DNA of 62,877 nucleotides, filler included, from Sphacelaria rigidula (lineage: Eukaryota): NCBI GenBank assembly GCA_964200075.2. It is 8 parts of 8 records of this genome, joined end to end, with 100 filler letters (N's around TTAATTAATTAA, not from the genome) between each part and the next. Parts side by side here need not be neighbours in the genome. Positions count along the whole stretch, not along the records: positions 23,621 to 31,393 come from CAXNAA020013506.1; positions 31,494 to 39,265 come from CAXNAA020013507.1; positions 39,366 to 47,136 come from CAXNAA020013508.1; 5 more parts are not named here. The stretch is one strand, 5' to 3'. Shown piece after piece: positions 26,701 to 39,963 of the stretch. Each line of letters begins with the position of its first letter. Position 1 is the first letter of the stretch. The position numbers were made by a program, and so were the translations under genes. Under the pieces are notes generated by a model. The model ran no database searches. It was not told where the DNA came from and saw nothing but the letters and a program-made list of their open reading frames with translations.

Positions 26701-29700
26701 AGGTGTGGTGTCATGCTAGACCACCCTCTTGAAGCGCTACTGGTTTTTACTTGTACCGCATTCTCTTCACAACCGCTTGGGTGGGAACAACATCGCCAAC
26801 TAACAGTCCCATGGAAGTTGGGGGGTGGGCAGGTGTCGTCTGGGCGGGTGCGGGGGTCGAGGGGATGGACGCCTGCTACGCGAATCATACTGGGATCGTT
26901 ATACAGTACAGTAGTCGATGACGAAAGGCTTGCTACTTGATTATATAGTAGACATATTGGACGATCGCCCCGGTGGCTCAGTCGGTAACCTCGAAACCTT
27001 CTGACAGTTGGGTCGTGGGTTCAAATCTCGGAGCGACCTGGGATTTTTTCCCACAGCATGAAGTTCGACTTGACGGTCGGCGAGGGAAAGAGACTCCTAA
27101 ACCCCTCTCGCGATAAAAATTCAAGGCAAGCACCGCAGAAGGAAGGTGGGGTACTGAAAACAAATAGAAGAAGAAAAAAGCTCCCGTGTTGACCTTCCTC
27201 ATGTGTGACCCCGGCTGATGCGCCCACATATGGAGAAATGTGTTGCCCGGCGTCCAGAATAGATGGGACGACAACACACGACACACACATAGACAGCTCT
27301 GACACTACCGCGTGCATCAACATAATATTTCATGTGCGTCCATATTAATCCTCTGGACCTGTGGTGCCCATGGAGCCTTCAAACAAACGTGTAAGGATAC
27401 TGGGTAGACTACAAATAGCACACTCGTGCAACAGCTGCACCGCTCGTGGCTCGATGGGTAACTTGAGGCTTACTTCGTGATGAAGAGAACATGACGTATG
27501 ACCACCTGCAACCCTATGTCACCTAAGATTCACAACAAATTTTTCATGTATGCGATTCCATGGTGTTGGCCACTTCGAAGTAGCCACCTTGATCTCATGT
27601 GATGGAGACAGCAACATGCGTTATCGTGACACTTATCATGAGGACAAAAAATAGCAGAGCACGTCGATATCGAACATAAACCGGGTTACCACACACTCAC
27701 CGTGCTGTGTACTCTGCATGCAATGAAGAACACCTTGTCTTCCTCAACCCTCCCCAGCCATAACTTGGAATGGTCAAGGCAACCGTTACGGAAGTACCTG
27801 TTGGACCCACATGGTCACCATGCGCTCGTCCGCGACGTAATCGCCTGGAAGTGTTCGCGAAAGGGAACCTGTATCCATGTCAGACTTCCTTATACCTTGT
27901 TTCGGGTAGTTAGCCTGTGACCACGAAAGGCATCCGCATCAGATAGCCAGGACAGAAATATGAGTACTGCGCAGATATCGGAACTTTTTTTATGTGAAGA
28001 CAACAACTACAACAACAACAACAACAACAACGTTCCAACTCTGACGAGGAGTGAGGGTATTGCACCCATTGCACCCAAGACGGTTATACAGATGCGGTCC
28101 TCCTTACAACGCCTACTTTGCTCGTCCCTGCCATTTATTGTACGTTCCATTGTGACGGATTTACTCCGGTTTCTGCTCTCACGGGCACGACGCGCCTCAA
28201 ATAAAGCAGATCACATCATTTGCCCTACAAATATGCTGGATCATTCGGTGTTCTTGAGTGGCTGGGCGGACCGATTCCCGAGAGCAAGGTTTTGGGGATT
28301 GCAAGGAGTGGATCTGCCAGGGGCGCATTTCACCGCTATACTGTCTATGGAGGTAAGGAAAGACTACGTGCAGAACTGCCACAAAGAGTTGCACCTACAC
28401 ACAGGGGCAACCTCTACGGTCCGGCGGTGTTTCCATGATGTTGCCTATTTTTTGTACTATTAATAACCACTCCCGCCTATGTTATCGTCGTGGCGGTAAC
28501 CTACACTGAACGCAATTGTGATTTTCAAGTTATCCTGTAGAATGACACTGCGGGTTCACTTGAACTGCGTAGAATATGAACGCGTCAGCTGTTCATGGCG
28601 GTAAATGTGCATGATCAATATTCACAACTTCCACAGTGCTTCAGTCAAAGATAGCTCTCTACACACCGAGACACCGCTCACGAACATCATAACTATGCAA
28701 GCGTCATCCTATAAGCTAGCGGCCGAATTACTTGTGGTTTCCCCGCAAGAGAACGCTCTCCTTACAAAAAACATCCAGGCCCTCCTACTCTACACCCCAT
28801 CAGGCCTAAATCTTTCGTCGAGTTGCTGCTTTGGTGTACTCCGCTGCTCTAGAACGTTGATCCCTAGAATTGTTGAGGTCTTGTCCAGCTGTGTCGTGGT
28901 TTTAGTCTACGGCTCTCATGCTACTACATCTCACGTGTATGTTTCGTGAATACTTTGTACCCATATTTCCCCCCTAAAAAATGCCGCGTGTCCCGTTCAG
29001 ACGTTCCCGGACGAGTGGCGGGAGGAGCTGGACCTGAGCATCATGGAGGCAAGCCCGTTTCTGCGAGAATGCTTCTTATATCACCGCTCGACTAAAACTG
29101 TGTTTTCGATGGATTCACTGGTGCTGCTTACGCCGGAAGAAGTCCCCAACCCGATGGCTCAAAAGGCGTTCGCGATAATGCAAGGTTTTACCACGGTGAG
29201 CTTTTTTTTTGTTCGGTTTGTTACCGTGTGCTCACGGTACAGGTGTCCAAGCTTGGTTTATTAACTTATCCCTTGTGAGAGCGCGCGCAAATGCTCAAAC
29301 AACAAGTTCACAGTCCGAGACAGTCATTTTCTGATCTTTGCAGGCGAGCTCAGAGGATTCTCGTGTTTTGAACGAGGCGATGTGGTATTGCGTAGATGGA
29401 TGACCATGGACTAGTCGGTGACGGTACAGCACCGGAGACAAATCAAGAAGCACGCCAGCGCTATGCTGACTAGAAATTGCAAGTCGCACCATTGGCTTCC
29501 GACTGCACGATATCATGTCACCCTGACGTGTTTTGCGTCATTCCGTGCATGAATACCAACACATGTCATCTTGGAACGTCCGCGGTGGCGTCCACATGGC
29601 ACGCATGGACGGACACCTATCGGTCCAACAAGGTTCAACTTACCTTTTTGCAAACAGCGGCAATGGCTACCCCCTCACCCGACGCTGTGCCTACGTGCGA

Positions 29701-29906
29701 TCCTCCTGCCACCTGCCTATCTTTCATCACCTCGGCAGCCAACCTGCTTTGTGAAGCCGCTAATGCTGGATCGACGGAGCTGTCAAGCTGCCGTTTCCAA
29801 GGTTCTAGACTGGGATTTTAGTACGGTGTACCCGACGCACGGCGCCTGCCCTATTTACGACGGAAAAAACGCGATCGCGAGTGCGTTCGATTTTTTGTGG
29901 GACTGA
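26701..29906 (+). CDS. DUF4336-like (metallo-beta-lactamase fold) protein, 3' part; exons ~26701-26824 (tentative), ~28207-28352, 29001-29195, 29739-29906
   Basis: 'DHIICPTNMLDHSVFLSGWADRFPRARFWG', 'FPDEWREELD...PFLRECFLYHRSTKTVFSMDSL', 'VSKVLDWDFSTVYPTHG...AFDFLWD*' match the DUF4336 pattern; canonical phase-0 GT-AG introns. Confidence 0.82.
26963..27289 (+). mobile_element. Full-length tRNA-derived SINE family 1 (intronic)
   Basis: A box TGGCTCAGTCGG, B box GGTTCAAATC, ~250-nt non-tRNA body and (CA)n tail; six copies in the window. Confidence 0.85.
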
Positions 29907-31519
29907 CTCTGACAGTGTGCGGTTGAAGAAATGGAGCATCCCCGCGGTGGAAGGGCTGTGTCCATCTGCAGTAACTTCGGACATGTTGGAGACTGGAGAG
30001 CTTTCCGCCGCATGGATGTACGCGCCCACTCGTGTAGCCGCGCACGAATTTGGTGGAAGCATTTTTTCTCGCGGCATAGTTGTAAATTGTTAATCTAAAG
30101 CGGGAGGTCGCTGGAAATGTAGGGCTGTGGAGTAGAGTGTGACGGCCATACGAAATTTACACCGTGCCGGGAGTTTATCGCGTGGTTCCTCAAGGGGTAC
30201 ACTCACGCCCGCAGGTACAGGTATGTGTACGATATACATGAAAGCTTATGTAAATATATTTATACTGTAATTGCGACAATTTTGTGCGTTTGCCAGTCAT
30301 GAAGCTCTGTGTTACGATGGTTGTGTTTTACAAGGCCTTGTATTAGTGCCGTGATGATATGTTAGAGGGATGTATTGATTGGATATGGATTATGGGGAAA
30401 ATGGAGGAAGTAAATATCTAGATATCGACAGGCTGGAAAAAATACTGTACTGGGAAGTGCTGCTCCTGGTGAAGGTTACAGCAGGCTGTGCTGTTTCCCT
30501 TAGTTCTGTGTTGAGATGAGCAGCTTGCAAGGAGTCGATGCAGGTTTACCCGAGACTGTGCTCGGTATATACCGTATTGTGTGCAGTGCGCATGGCCGGC
30601 TGGGGGATTCTGTGGAGAAAAATGACTCGCTGTTGAAGCGCATACCATGTGTCACGTTCTATCTTGTGTCACGTTCTACCTTGTGTATATGCCGCGATTG
30701 CTGCTGGGACGGGAATTCACCCAACCGTGAGAGGGGCTTGGACGGAATGGGGCATCATCTTGATGGGCTGAGAAGATGTGAGATATGTGGTGGATTTGAG
30801 GGAAACGTGCGGTGATTCTTGCATACTGGATTGATGTGTGACTTGACGTAAGGGGTTCGTCACGAAAATGAGGGAAGTGTTGGCTTGTGGCGCCTGACGA
30901 AGGCGGTTTCGTGCGCGGCGGTGATACAGGCTGGTTCACGGAAAAGACCCAAAAAACACTCACCGGTAAAACTTCACGCCGTTTTAAGGAGTTGGGCGAA
31001 CTCTTATTGGAGCGTTTGAATTTTTATTTTGCAACAATTTCAGAGGAGTTTTTTTTTATTCTCTCTGTCATCATGGTGAACGGGCACAAAATACACAACT
31101 ACGGCAAAGAAAAGAAAATCGTTCAAAGATATTGCCAAAATAAAATTTTAAACGCTCCCATAAGAGTTGGCCTTAGACCATGCAATTTTGCACAGGTGTT
31201 CTATGGGTCATCACGCAACATTCCAAGGTCGAGGTTTCCAACGGGCCTTACAGACTGGAATGCGTTATTCACCGCCCCCGATTCCCGAAAACCGCTTTCT
31301 GGGCGACGAGTGGGGGGGGGGGGGGCGTTATCGTTTTTTGCTTTGCCTAGTTGTTTGGCCTTTTTCCACGCTTCCCCTTGGTGAACGAGCACCNNNNNNN
31401 NNNNNNNNNNNNNNNNNNNNNNNNNNNNNNNNNNNNNTTAATTAATTAANNNNNNNNNNNNNNNNNNNNNNNNNNNNNNNNNNNNNNNNNNNNAAAAGTA
31501 AGAAAATAAGGGTGGGGGA

Positions 31520-31555
<36 letters not shown>

Positions 31556-32067
31556 TATTTGATTGCACGAAAAAGAGGCTTATAAGTGTGTCAGACGACC
31601 TACCACACTCGCGGTGCGCTTGTACTTGTTCCAAAACGATGTTAGTTGGCATGAATGGGCGTCACGTAACTATAACAAGCTTGTTCGAGTAACCATTGCT
31701 GCTTTTAACGACGATTTGACCTGGAAATTCGTGCAAGAAATGGCCCAAAATACCCCCCCTATGCTCCATCTCGAAAGGGATGCCTAGTCAATGGTCAAAT
31801 GACTAAGGCAAGCAACAAATGAGTACCCCCCCCCTTATCGTAGGATGACTATTTTCTCAGAGACTTCTTTCACTCTATAAGAAGCGGCCTTACGAACCGT
31901 TTTTTCACAAGAACGTCTCTAACTCAAGAAAAATGTTAATGGATGACACCTTTGTTTGCAGTACAATATACGCTTCCGATTCTCCATACTCAATTTCGAA
32001 TCACAATTCTAAAAATTGAGCTGAGAAAATGAGATGAAGGAAACTGATGCCGCGATAGCCCCCCCCT

Positions 32068-32135
32068 TGATTGATTGACTGGTTGATTGATGTCGCACTT
32101 TACCTGACCCCACAGGGGTCCAGCCGTGGCCTCAC
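32068..32135 (-). mobile_element. LINE-type 3' end with (CAAT)n tail; related at 39513-39595 (+), 43025-43100 and 43534-43590 (-)
   Basis: Shared 'tgaccacggctggatc...gggtcag...gtgcgaca.tcaatcaacc'. Confidence 0.6.
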
Positions 32136-32466
32136 CCAGGAAAGTGGCTGGTTTGACGAGGCAAGATCTACGTGTAAATCGAAATAACAAAAGCCGACTA
32201 CACCGAGAAGCTGGGCACTCTCGACCTTGGGATTGTTTTCGTCAACATCGCCCACATGGGGCGCCTCAGGCAGTCTGAAACCAGCTGTTATGCGCCGTAT
32301 AACCATTTCCTTCGTGACCGTTTTTGGGGCTGGTTTGGGAGGGGGGGCTATGGCGGCATCACTCGCCCGAAACAATGCCCATTTTCACGCAAACATCCTT
32401 AACTCTTGAGAACAAGAACCTGAAGCTCCTGAACGTTCTATTTTCATTTTGCCCGTGCGGGCGATA

Positions 32467-33510
32467 CAGGCTGGTTTACGCGCATCACCCAAAATTCACT
32501 CATAAATGTTCACGCCGATTCTTGGAGTTTGAGTGAAAAAATGCACAAATATGCCACGAACGAAACGAAACTTAAACTCAGTATGAATGGGGTCTTGAAA
32601 CTTTTGGTAATTTCGCCATTTGTCCGGCGTCCCAGGGTTTTGGGGAGTCACATGCCCTTCTGCAACCCCCGATAGCTGGCAAAACAAAATAAAGTTGAAA
32701 TACCCAATGCATACACATTTGTGTAACATCCCGTAGTATATGTACGCAAAGCTCAGAGTCCAGCTCCAAAAGCTGCCGTGGACATTTGCGCTTTTGTGTG
32801 ACGAAGGGAGCTTGAACGTGCAAACTCACAATTACTTGTTTTAGTATCACAACGTTTGCTTCAAGCTTTTGAGTCTTGCGACCAAAATTTGTGTATATCA
32901 TCCTTGAACTACCTCGGGACGCATAATAATATTGTTCTCTTATAATTTCAGGCATTCTGTCACGGCTTCCGAGGATCTTTACGCTGGGACCGCTTGAAGT
33001 CGGTAAAGAGCGACAAAAAGTTGAAATATCGTTCAACACATGTTTTCCATTTTGAGCATCAATACCTACCGAACTGCCGAGTTTGAGGGCGGTCGCAGGC
33101 TTTCTACGACAAATATAGAGGAAACTGTGAGGAGGCTTTCTGCATATTTGGCTCATATCATCAGTGGAAATCAAATGACGCCAAAACCCCATATCACCGA
33201 AATACCACGGTTTGAGGTATAAATCGATCCCCTAGTAACCGCTCTCAAAAGCTGGTGGCACTTACTACGATTTGATGAACGTGAAGATTGGGCATATTTT
33301 ATTTCAAAATAACTTAAAGGGTGCTGGTCAGTCGAGGTACACTTCGCCCTTAGCGCCACCGCTATGGCCTTGAACGAAACTCCGGCTACGTGCCATCCTC
33401 TTCGTTTGTTCATTACGGTCAATATGATACCATGTATGCGACAATTGGGTAGGAATGTACGAGGCATTTGCTGATGGCACAATTTTGGGTGATGAGCATG
33501 AACCAGCCTA
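32467..33510. mobile_element. ~1-kb non-autonomous TIR element (Tc1/mariner-like ends)
   Basis: TIRs 'caggctggtttacgcgcatcacccaaaatt' / 'aattttgggtgatgagcatgaaccagcct', preceded by TA. Confidence 0.75.
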
Positions 33511-35499
33511 TTCTCCACACCAAATTTTAAAGCACAACACCAAATTTTGAAGCACAACTCTCTAACTGACACGCGAAATCCAGATTTAGTGCATTCAGTG
33601 CCTCTGCTCGTAATGTATCGATTATAGTATGGAATATTATGTACGCCATATCTGTACATAGATGACGGATTGCGTGAAGGTGAGGGTATCGATCGTTTCC
33701 CCGTGTTCCAGGTAATATCCACACTAAAAATCGTCACCATTCGTTATACATATCGTTCGGGGTTTCATATAGACTCTAGTATGGACCCTATCTCTGCACG
33801 GTACAGGACTCACTCGATATGGCATTTAACCGACGAAAACAAATTGACCCCAACTTCTGCACAATTGGGCATCTCACCCTTGGTTAGACGATATATAAGA
33901 TCGCGGATCACGGCCCAATTCACCTGTGTCGATGACATATATGGCAGTGGGAGCTTAAATCCTTTTTTAGGTTGGCCTAGCTAGTACATCGTGGGTAATT
34001 GAGATGCAAAAACAATCCGGAGCAGCAGCAGCAGACTGTACAGCACAATCAGTGCCATCCCGCGCATGAGTACTGCTGTACGGAAAAATTAGCCTCCGCT
34101 CAGGCAGGACGATACGCTTCGACGTGATCAATGCTAATTATTTTCGTACACAAAGTAGCTACTGGTATGCAGTGGACATGAAATCCAGCCAACAGTACCA
34201 CCGCACATGTCATGTTCCTTAAGTAGTTGATGGCGTCGTCGCGCGTCTCCCCAACAAACGCAACATCGTTCTCGTACATGTTGTATTTCCAAGAGCACGG
34301 ATTTGCGGCAAGCATAGCGTTGCTTTTCGGGAGCATTACCGCAGTTAACAAAGGGTACATACTCAAGCAGCCTGTGACATGGGATTATTGCATTAGATGC
34401 TGCACGTCTCTGTGTCCGTACTCTGGAGAGTAAACTTTTCAGCAAGCCAAGCACCATCCATCACCACTACTTTACTCGCTGCGCTGCAGTAAATCTCACT
34501 TTCGAGTCAACCAAACCCCCTTCACACGTTGTACCTTTTTTTTCAGAGTTCAGGATCAACTGCCCTGCCAATCCTATACAAGAACTATACTGACGGTATG
34601 ATTATGCAAATCCTGTATTTTTCCTTCCGTGCACAAATTGTGCAAACCCTTGAACCACCCGGGTGGGTCATCTGTTGAATCGGCATCATCTTTACTTGAA
34701 CAACAAGTGAGGCTCAGATCAGTCATCTACCTTGGTGATAAAAAGGTTCACCCGGTGACCGGCAACACAGGTCGTCTGTAAGGGTCGCCTGTTGAATCGG
34801 CATCATCTTCACACGAAATGTGACCAAGATCCGACCGGATAAGCCGCCCTGGTGCTCAAAGCTTAAACATTTGCTTCTTGTCATCTTCCCATGGAAGAAT
34901 TCCAGCATGTTGCCGAGAGAGATAACGTGCTTGAAGCAAAGTCTTTCCATGGGAAGGTTCATCATCAACCCTTGGGCTGCGAACCTCGCCTCGAAACGCT
35001 TCCGCCGGGTGGTAGTCCAGTGACGTGAAGGAGGTTCCAGCGGGCGGGCGTGAGCAGTTTTCGAGGGAGTGGGAGCCCGTTCCCAGATCAGCCGAAAAGC
35101 TTACAAAGTCAACTACGCGTGTTTGGGAGTTGGGCACCAAAACCCGAAGGGATGGGATTGACCATTTTGGCTGTTTTCGTTGATCAAATCAGTCATTGTG
35201 CTCCCGAAGAAAATATCTACAGAAGATCTATCTTGCACCCTAGCCGTATTTGACCATTTGGGTACCGATCAGTCAACTATCGAGACACACGAGAAGAAGG
35301 AGGTGCTGCTCCTTGCACGGTCTTGGCCCCCTTTCTTCTACCTCTCGTGCTCTTAAGATAGCTTCGCACTGCCTGCAGCGTTGTTGTGAGACACTAAGCA
35401 GAGGTATAAATGGTGTGCAGTATGTTGTGTGCGGGGAAGATCTATAGCAGACTGTTCGTTTGATACCGTTGTCCGTTGTATCCCGCTGTATCCAGCTAC

Positions 35500-36950
35500 T
35501 GACGAAACAGTTTGAACGTACGGATGGTCACCAGCAGCAGCAATACATGCAGCAAAAAGGTGGGCGCAAATGACAATATCGCATGCGTGCACCATCAAAG
35601 CACGTTTGACCTGTGCCAGCACTACCGCGAGATAAAGTGTGAAAGCATGTGACGAGAGCGTTCCTTGCGTGTATCATTGCAGCTGTGTAGAGGCTACCAG
35701 CGTGTGTCACTTTCAAAGCATGAAAGAATGTACCCCACGAACACGGCTCAGCGGAGGCATACATACCTGCTCTTGACTTGTGCCTTGAAATCGGTCAGCA
35801 GTTCTCCGGCGCTGACTTCTGTACAGATGCTCAACATTCATGCAACCAAGCATCTTGTCTCTTGGATAACAAGTACTCCGAACCCCAACTGTGCTCTAGG
35901 CGATCTGAGGCGACTTCTGGGGGGGGGGGGTCAGAGCCTAAATCAACTATATTCAGGTTCACTTATTCATACGTGACCTCGAATGTAGGTGTACCACGTC
36001 GATCACAGCCAGGCGTTCAGAGTTGGCCTACTCTTGTTAAGGGAAACCTTTCGCCGCTCTCTACTCTATTGAGCCGGGCGTGAATGTTTTTCACATACAG
36101 GATCTGATGGCAACATGTGACGCGAACGGTTGTCCTTGAGTAATGGGAGTACGATGAAAGGGTCGTGCCTAGCAGCCATCTTTGTCACCAACTCACCATC
36201 TAAATTGAACGCCTTGGAGACACCGATGAGTCCCTGCAAACCGCGCACGCAACTCTCTGAAAGCTCGTTCATGTGCACACCCGTCTCATGATAAGACAAC
36301 AAGGCATCTCAAAGATCTCGCGTTGGTGAGAAAATTGCGTTGGAAGCTCGTACGCTCCGATCCACGCTGCACACACAACGTATACTTATTTCATGTTCTC
36401 ATTGATTAAATTATCGCTCGAAATCGAAATCGAAAGCGTAAAGACAGAAAAAGCGCTGAGATTGGCCCGCTATGCTGAACCGCAACAAATTTGCTCCCGA
36501 TTTCCCGAGGGCTTCATAAAAAAAGCGCCGTAAAAAGCTTGCATGGTCGTCAGTACCTTTTAAAATATTCTGAGATGCAATAGAGTTGCAAACGTGAGCC
36601 CAACATTTCAGAACATGCAGTATCGTGTGCGGACGCCACCAACAGAAATCGCATACATCCACAGACGGCCTGACTCCACCACAGCACAAGGTGCTTTGAT
36701 CCAGTGCGTAGTTCGGTATTGGGCGAGCATCAACGATGTATAAACACACTCGTAAATTATTTCCGACCCAAAAGTGTCAGTTATAGCGCCATTTGTTATG
36801 TGCGGTTTTACCGAGCAACCGTTACAACACCATTTATCGATAAATGGAAGCAAGAAGAAGTACGTCATGCGTGATTCAGCAAGCCCAATCGGGAGGGCAG
36901 CCGCGCTCTCTTTCGGGGCTAGTGAAACTCTACTGGTCTGCGTTGAAACC
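35500..36950 (-). pseudogene. Possible decayed Mutator-like (MULE) transposase
   Basis: In the expected order on the minus strand: 'CWAH' (CxxH, ~36600), 'NELSESCVRGL' (TNNxxES-like, ~36260), 'CDIVICAHLFAA' (SWIM-finger-like, ~35570); many stops and frameshifts. Confidence 0.45.
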
Positions 36951-37590
36951 GCTTTAGTGGACTGAAATTTGTCAATTGACCGTGATGGGTAAAAATGTTG
37001 TACGTCTAAGCATTTTGCTGCCGGTGCTGGACCCAAGTGAAGTAACGAAAACCGAAAACCGAAAACCGAAAACCGGAATAAAAAAATCGAATTCGATTTG
37101 GTTTTTGTGAGTCAGGAACTAAACCAAATATAGATCTACAATTGGCAAAAACATGGTTTGCCCAAAATGTCTGTCACCTGCGCACAGGGTGCGAGTGCAG
37201 GGACGGAAATTCCTTTGGTTTATTCATCTTGGGAGCCAGCTGTACGAAAATTTTGCAACCCCTCAGTCAAAATACCGGTGGGTCACATGTTTTTCTTTCA
37301 ACTGCTCCGTGGGTGAGCCGAACTGGTAGGTTCTTTGGGCGCAAAATCGTGATGTATGGTCCTGCCCGCTCTGATGCACGGCAGAAGTCCAAGTAAGGCT
37401 GAGTTTTCAGTCCTCGGTTTGAAGTGTTCTGCTAGTGACGGTTCTGTGTTGCACCTGCGGGTAGAACATAGCAGCAGGCGTTGGTTCTCCTTTCCCTCCG
37501 CTAGTGTACCCATATTTTCGTCACGGTCGGCTCTTCCCCACCTACTCGTTGTCCCACCGTGTGATTAAATCAATTTGTCGGCGATGGCAG

Positions 37591-37703
37591 GCTGTGCGTG
37601 CTGAACTGAATAACAAGGAATATGACGGAGAAGAAGCAAAGGAATGGAGCCTCAATATAGCCGACAATATCCGGGAAGGAGTGAAAACTCTCAATGTCCC
37701 ACG
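37591..37703 (+). CDS. Internal exon of a Tctex-1-type dynein light chain
   Basis: cag|'AVRAELNNKEYDGEEAKEWSLNIADNIREGVKTLNVPR'|gtgag; matches the Tctex-1 pattern L..+.Y......W+..+++.I+..+K.L..PR(YK). Confidence 0.8.
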
Positions 37704-39963
37704 GTGAGCTGCAACAAGCGAAATAAGATTCATCACGGTGGTCAATGATGAAGAGCATCTATCTTCTTCGAGAAAGGGATACTTCGCCCGTCCCTCCCTC
37801 TGTTCGCAATTGCGCCGAAAAAAATTCAAGCGCAACGGTTGAAGAGACGCTACGATATGCAGAGTCAGTCGGTGGAGACGAGGTTGGCACCGCTGGACAG
37901 GTGGAGAGAGAAGCTATTCGTCGCTACACGTCGTGAGGTTTACAAAGGAAACTGTCTCACGGCGAATGAATAAAAATGATGCCTTCGCAACAGGGTATCC
38001 ATTTTTTCGGTTCTGTTCAGAGCCAAGTGTGCAGAAACAGCGGGCAAAGCTAGTTCCGATGCAAGCCTGGGACAAGACAAAAAATCTGGCTATTTCAGCT
38101 CTTTCGTGATTTGTCGTCGTTCCCGAAATATTGGCGTTTGTTGCACTTGAAAACTGTACACTCTGGCTGCTGCAGCGACATGCCGTATGCTGTACTGCCA
38201 GACAGCTGGATACAAGTCGCGATCAACTGTGTCGTTTAGAATTCGAGGTTTAGACCTGTGAGACCTTCATCTATGCTGTTCATATGAGCATCACCACCTG
38301 CTGAAAACATCACGGAACTGGCTGAATTACAGCGTAATAATATAATAATATAAGCACATAGATTGATGGGTGGTGGATGTTATTCAAAAGCAATGTAAAG
38401 ACTGTGATATAGATATATTTAATTCATGCATAAGCACACCGCAAAACGTTACCACCTGTTTCGGGTAATATTGCAAGCTATCTGCCGAGTTTGGCCATAT
38501 ATACATATTGCATTCGATGTATTATATATATATACTATACAGCCGCCGCGCATCGGTGGTCCAACTGGAACATATCTGTATTACAGTCACTTGAGGCGGA
38601 ATAAGGGTTAAGGCTTCGAACGGCGTCGTTGGAAACGTGAGGATGTGGGTGGTGAAGAAACTTTGTCGAGAATAGACGCGGTGCGGGAGTACCGAACCTG
38701 CCCGCGATACCAACATCGACATGTCGACCGGGGAGAGGCAGTCTTATACCTTGAGACTATGGACTCGTCCCAAACGTGGGGGGATCGACGGTATGACTGA
38801 AAAACCGAAGTATACCGCCAACGGCCTGAGCTTAAGCCGGCATCAACCAGTCTTCAAAGAGAAAATCGAGAGTCTCGCAGCAGCCGGGCAACCACGCCAC
38901 ACCCGCCTCTCTGTTCTTACCTCAAAAACCTCGACTTCGTTCCTCACGCACGTGGTACTACAATACCATCTTCCACCGTGTAACAATCCTACCTGTGGGA
39001 AGCATCGCATCTATCCTCTGAATGTACGTCTGCCTTTTGCACTGAAATGAATAGTGCTTGAAAGCCGTGCTAATTTCAATCAAGCACTCTTCCGTAGAAC
39101 CAGTGAGTGTTCTCAAAGGATCTCTACTCATTTTAACCGGCATCAACATCCATGAATATTTCTATTCGCTCCTGTACAAGACCATGAATCCCCCACCCCC
39201 CCCACCCCCCCCCCCCCCTCCCCCCCCCCCCCCACCCCACTCAACCTCACCTCCAATACAACTATNNNNNNNNNNNNNNNNNNNNNNNNNNNNNNNNNNN
39301 NNNNNNNNNTTAATTAATTAANNNNNNNNNNNNNNNNNNNNNNNNNNNNNNNNNNNNNNNNNNNNGGGATTTTGTTTTGTTTTTGCTTATGCTTTTTCCT
39401 TATTATTATCTTGCTTTGGCTCGGTCTTTTTTTTTGTTCAGTTCTCCCTCTTTCTGTTTTTTTTTTTTTTCAGCGAGTGTTTCAGTTGTGTTTTGTCTCG
39501 GGTACGTCTATCATGTGACCACGGCTGGATCATGACTCCTGGGGGTCAGTTCAAGTGCGACAATCAATCAACCAACCATTCAATCAACCAATCACTCAAA
39601 CCCCTTCAATTTTAAGCGTGATCGACAGTTGTTCACGTGTCTGGAATTCCAGGCACGTCTTTTTCATGCGCCCATGTTCCTCAAGCGGTTCAAAGGTGGT
39701 CACATGAGACTTCCATTTCTGCTCTCGAGTTCAGACGATGACCATGTACGTACGGTTTTCACTTTTTCCGTCTCATTCAAGGGTGGTCCTGTAATCTTAT
39801 GGCTCGTTCGGAGTTGGTCATGTGAGACTTAAGCCCCGGTTCACGGATGGTCATGTGGAAGCCTGCCCCGCACGCTAGAAGCCTTGACTGTGTTTTGGCG
39901 ACACATTTCCTTGTACGATGCAATGATGGCCACGTGGTGCAACAAAAAAAGTAGATGTGATGA

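Noticed and set aside
22428..26824. Splicing the 19271-22628 exons onto the DUF4336 gene
   Set aside because: Phases are compatible, but an artificial linker (23521-23620) separates them onto different scaffolds.
26963..27035. Functional tRNA gene (also 44210-44282, 61068-61146)
   Set aside because: A/B boxes are present but there is no convincing cloverleaf, and each continues into a repeated SINE body.
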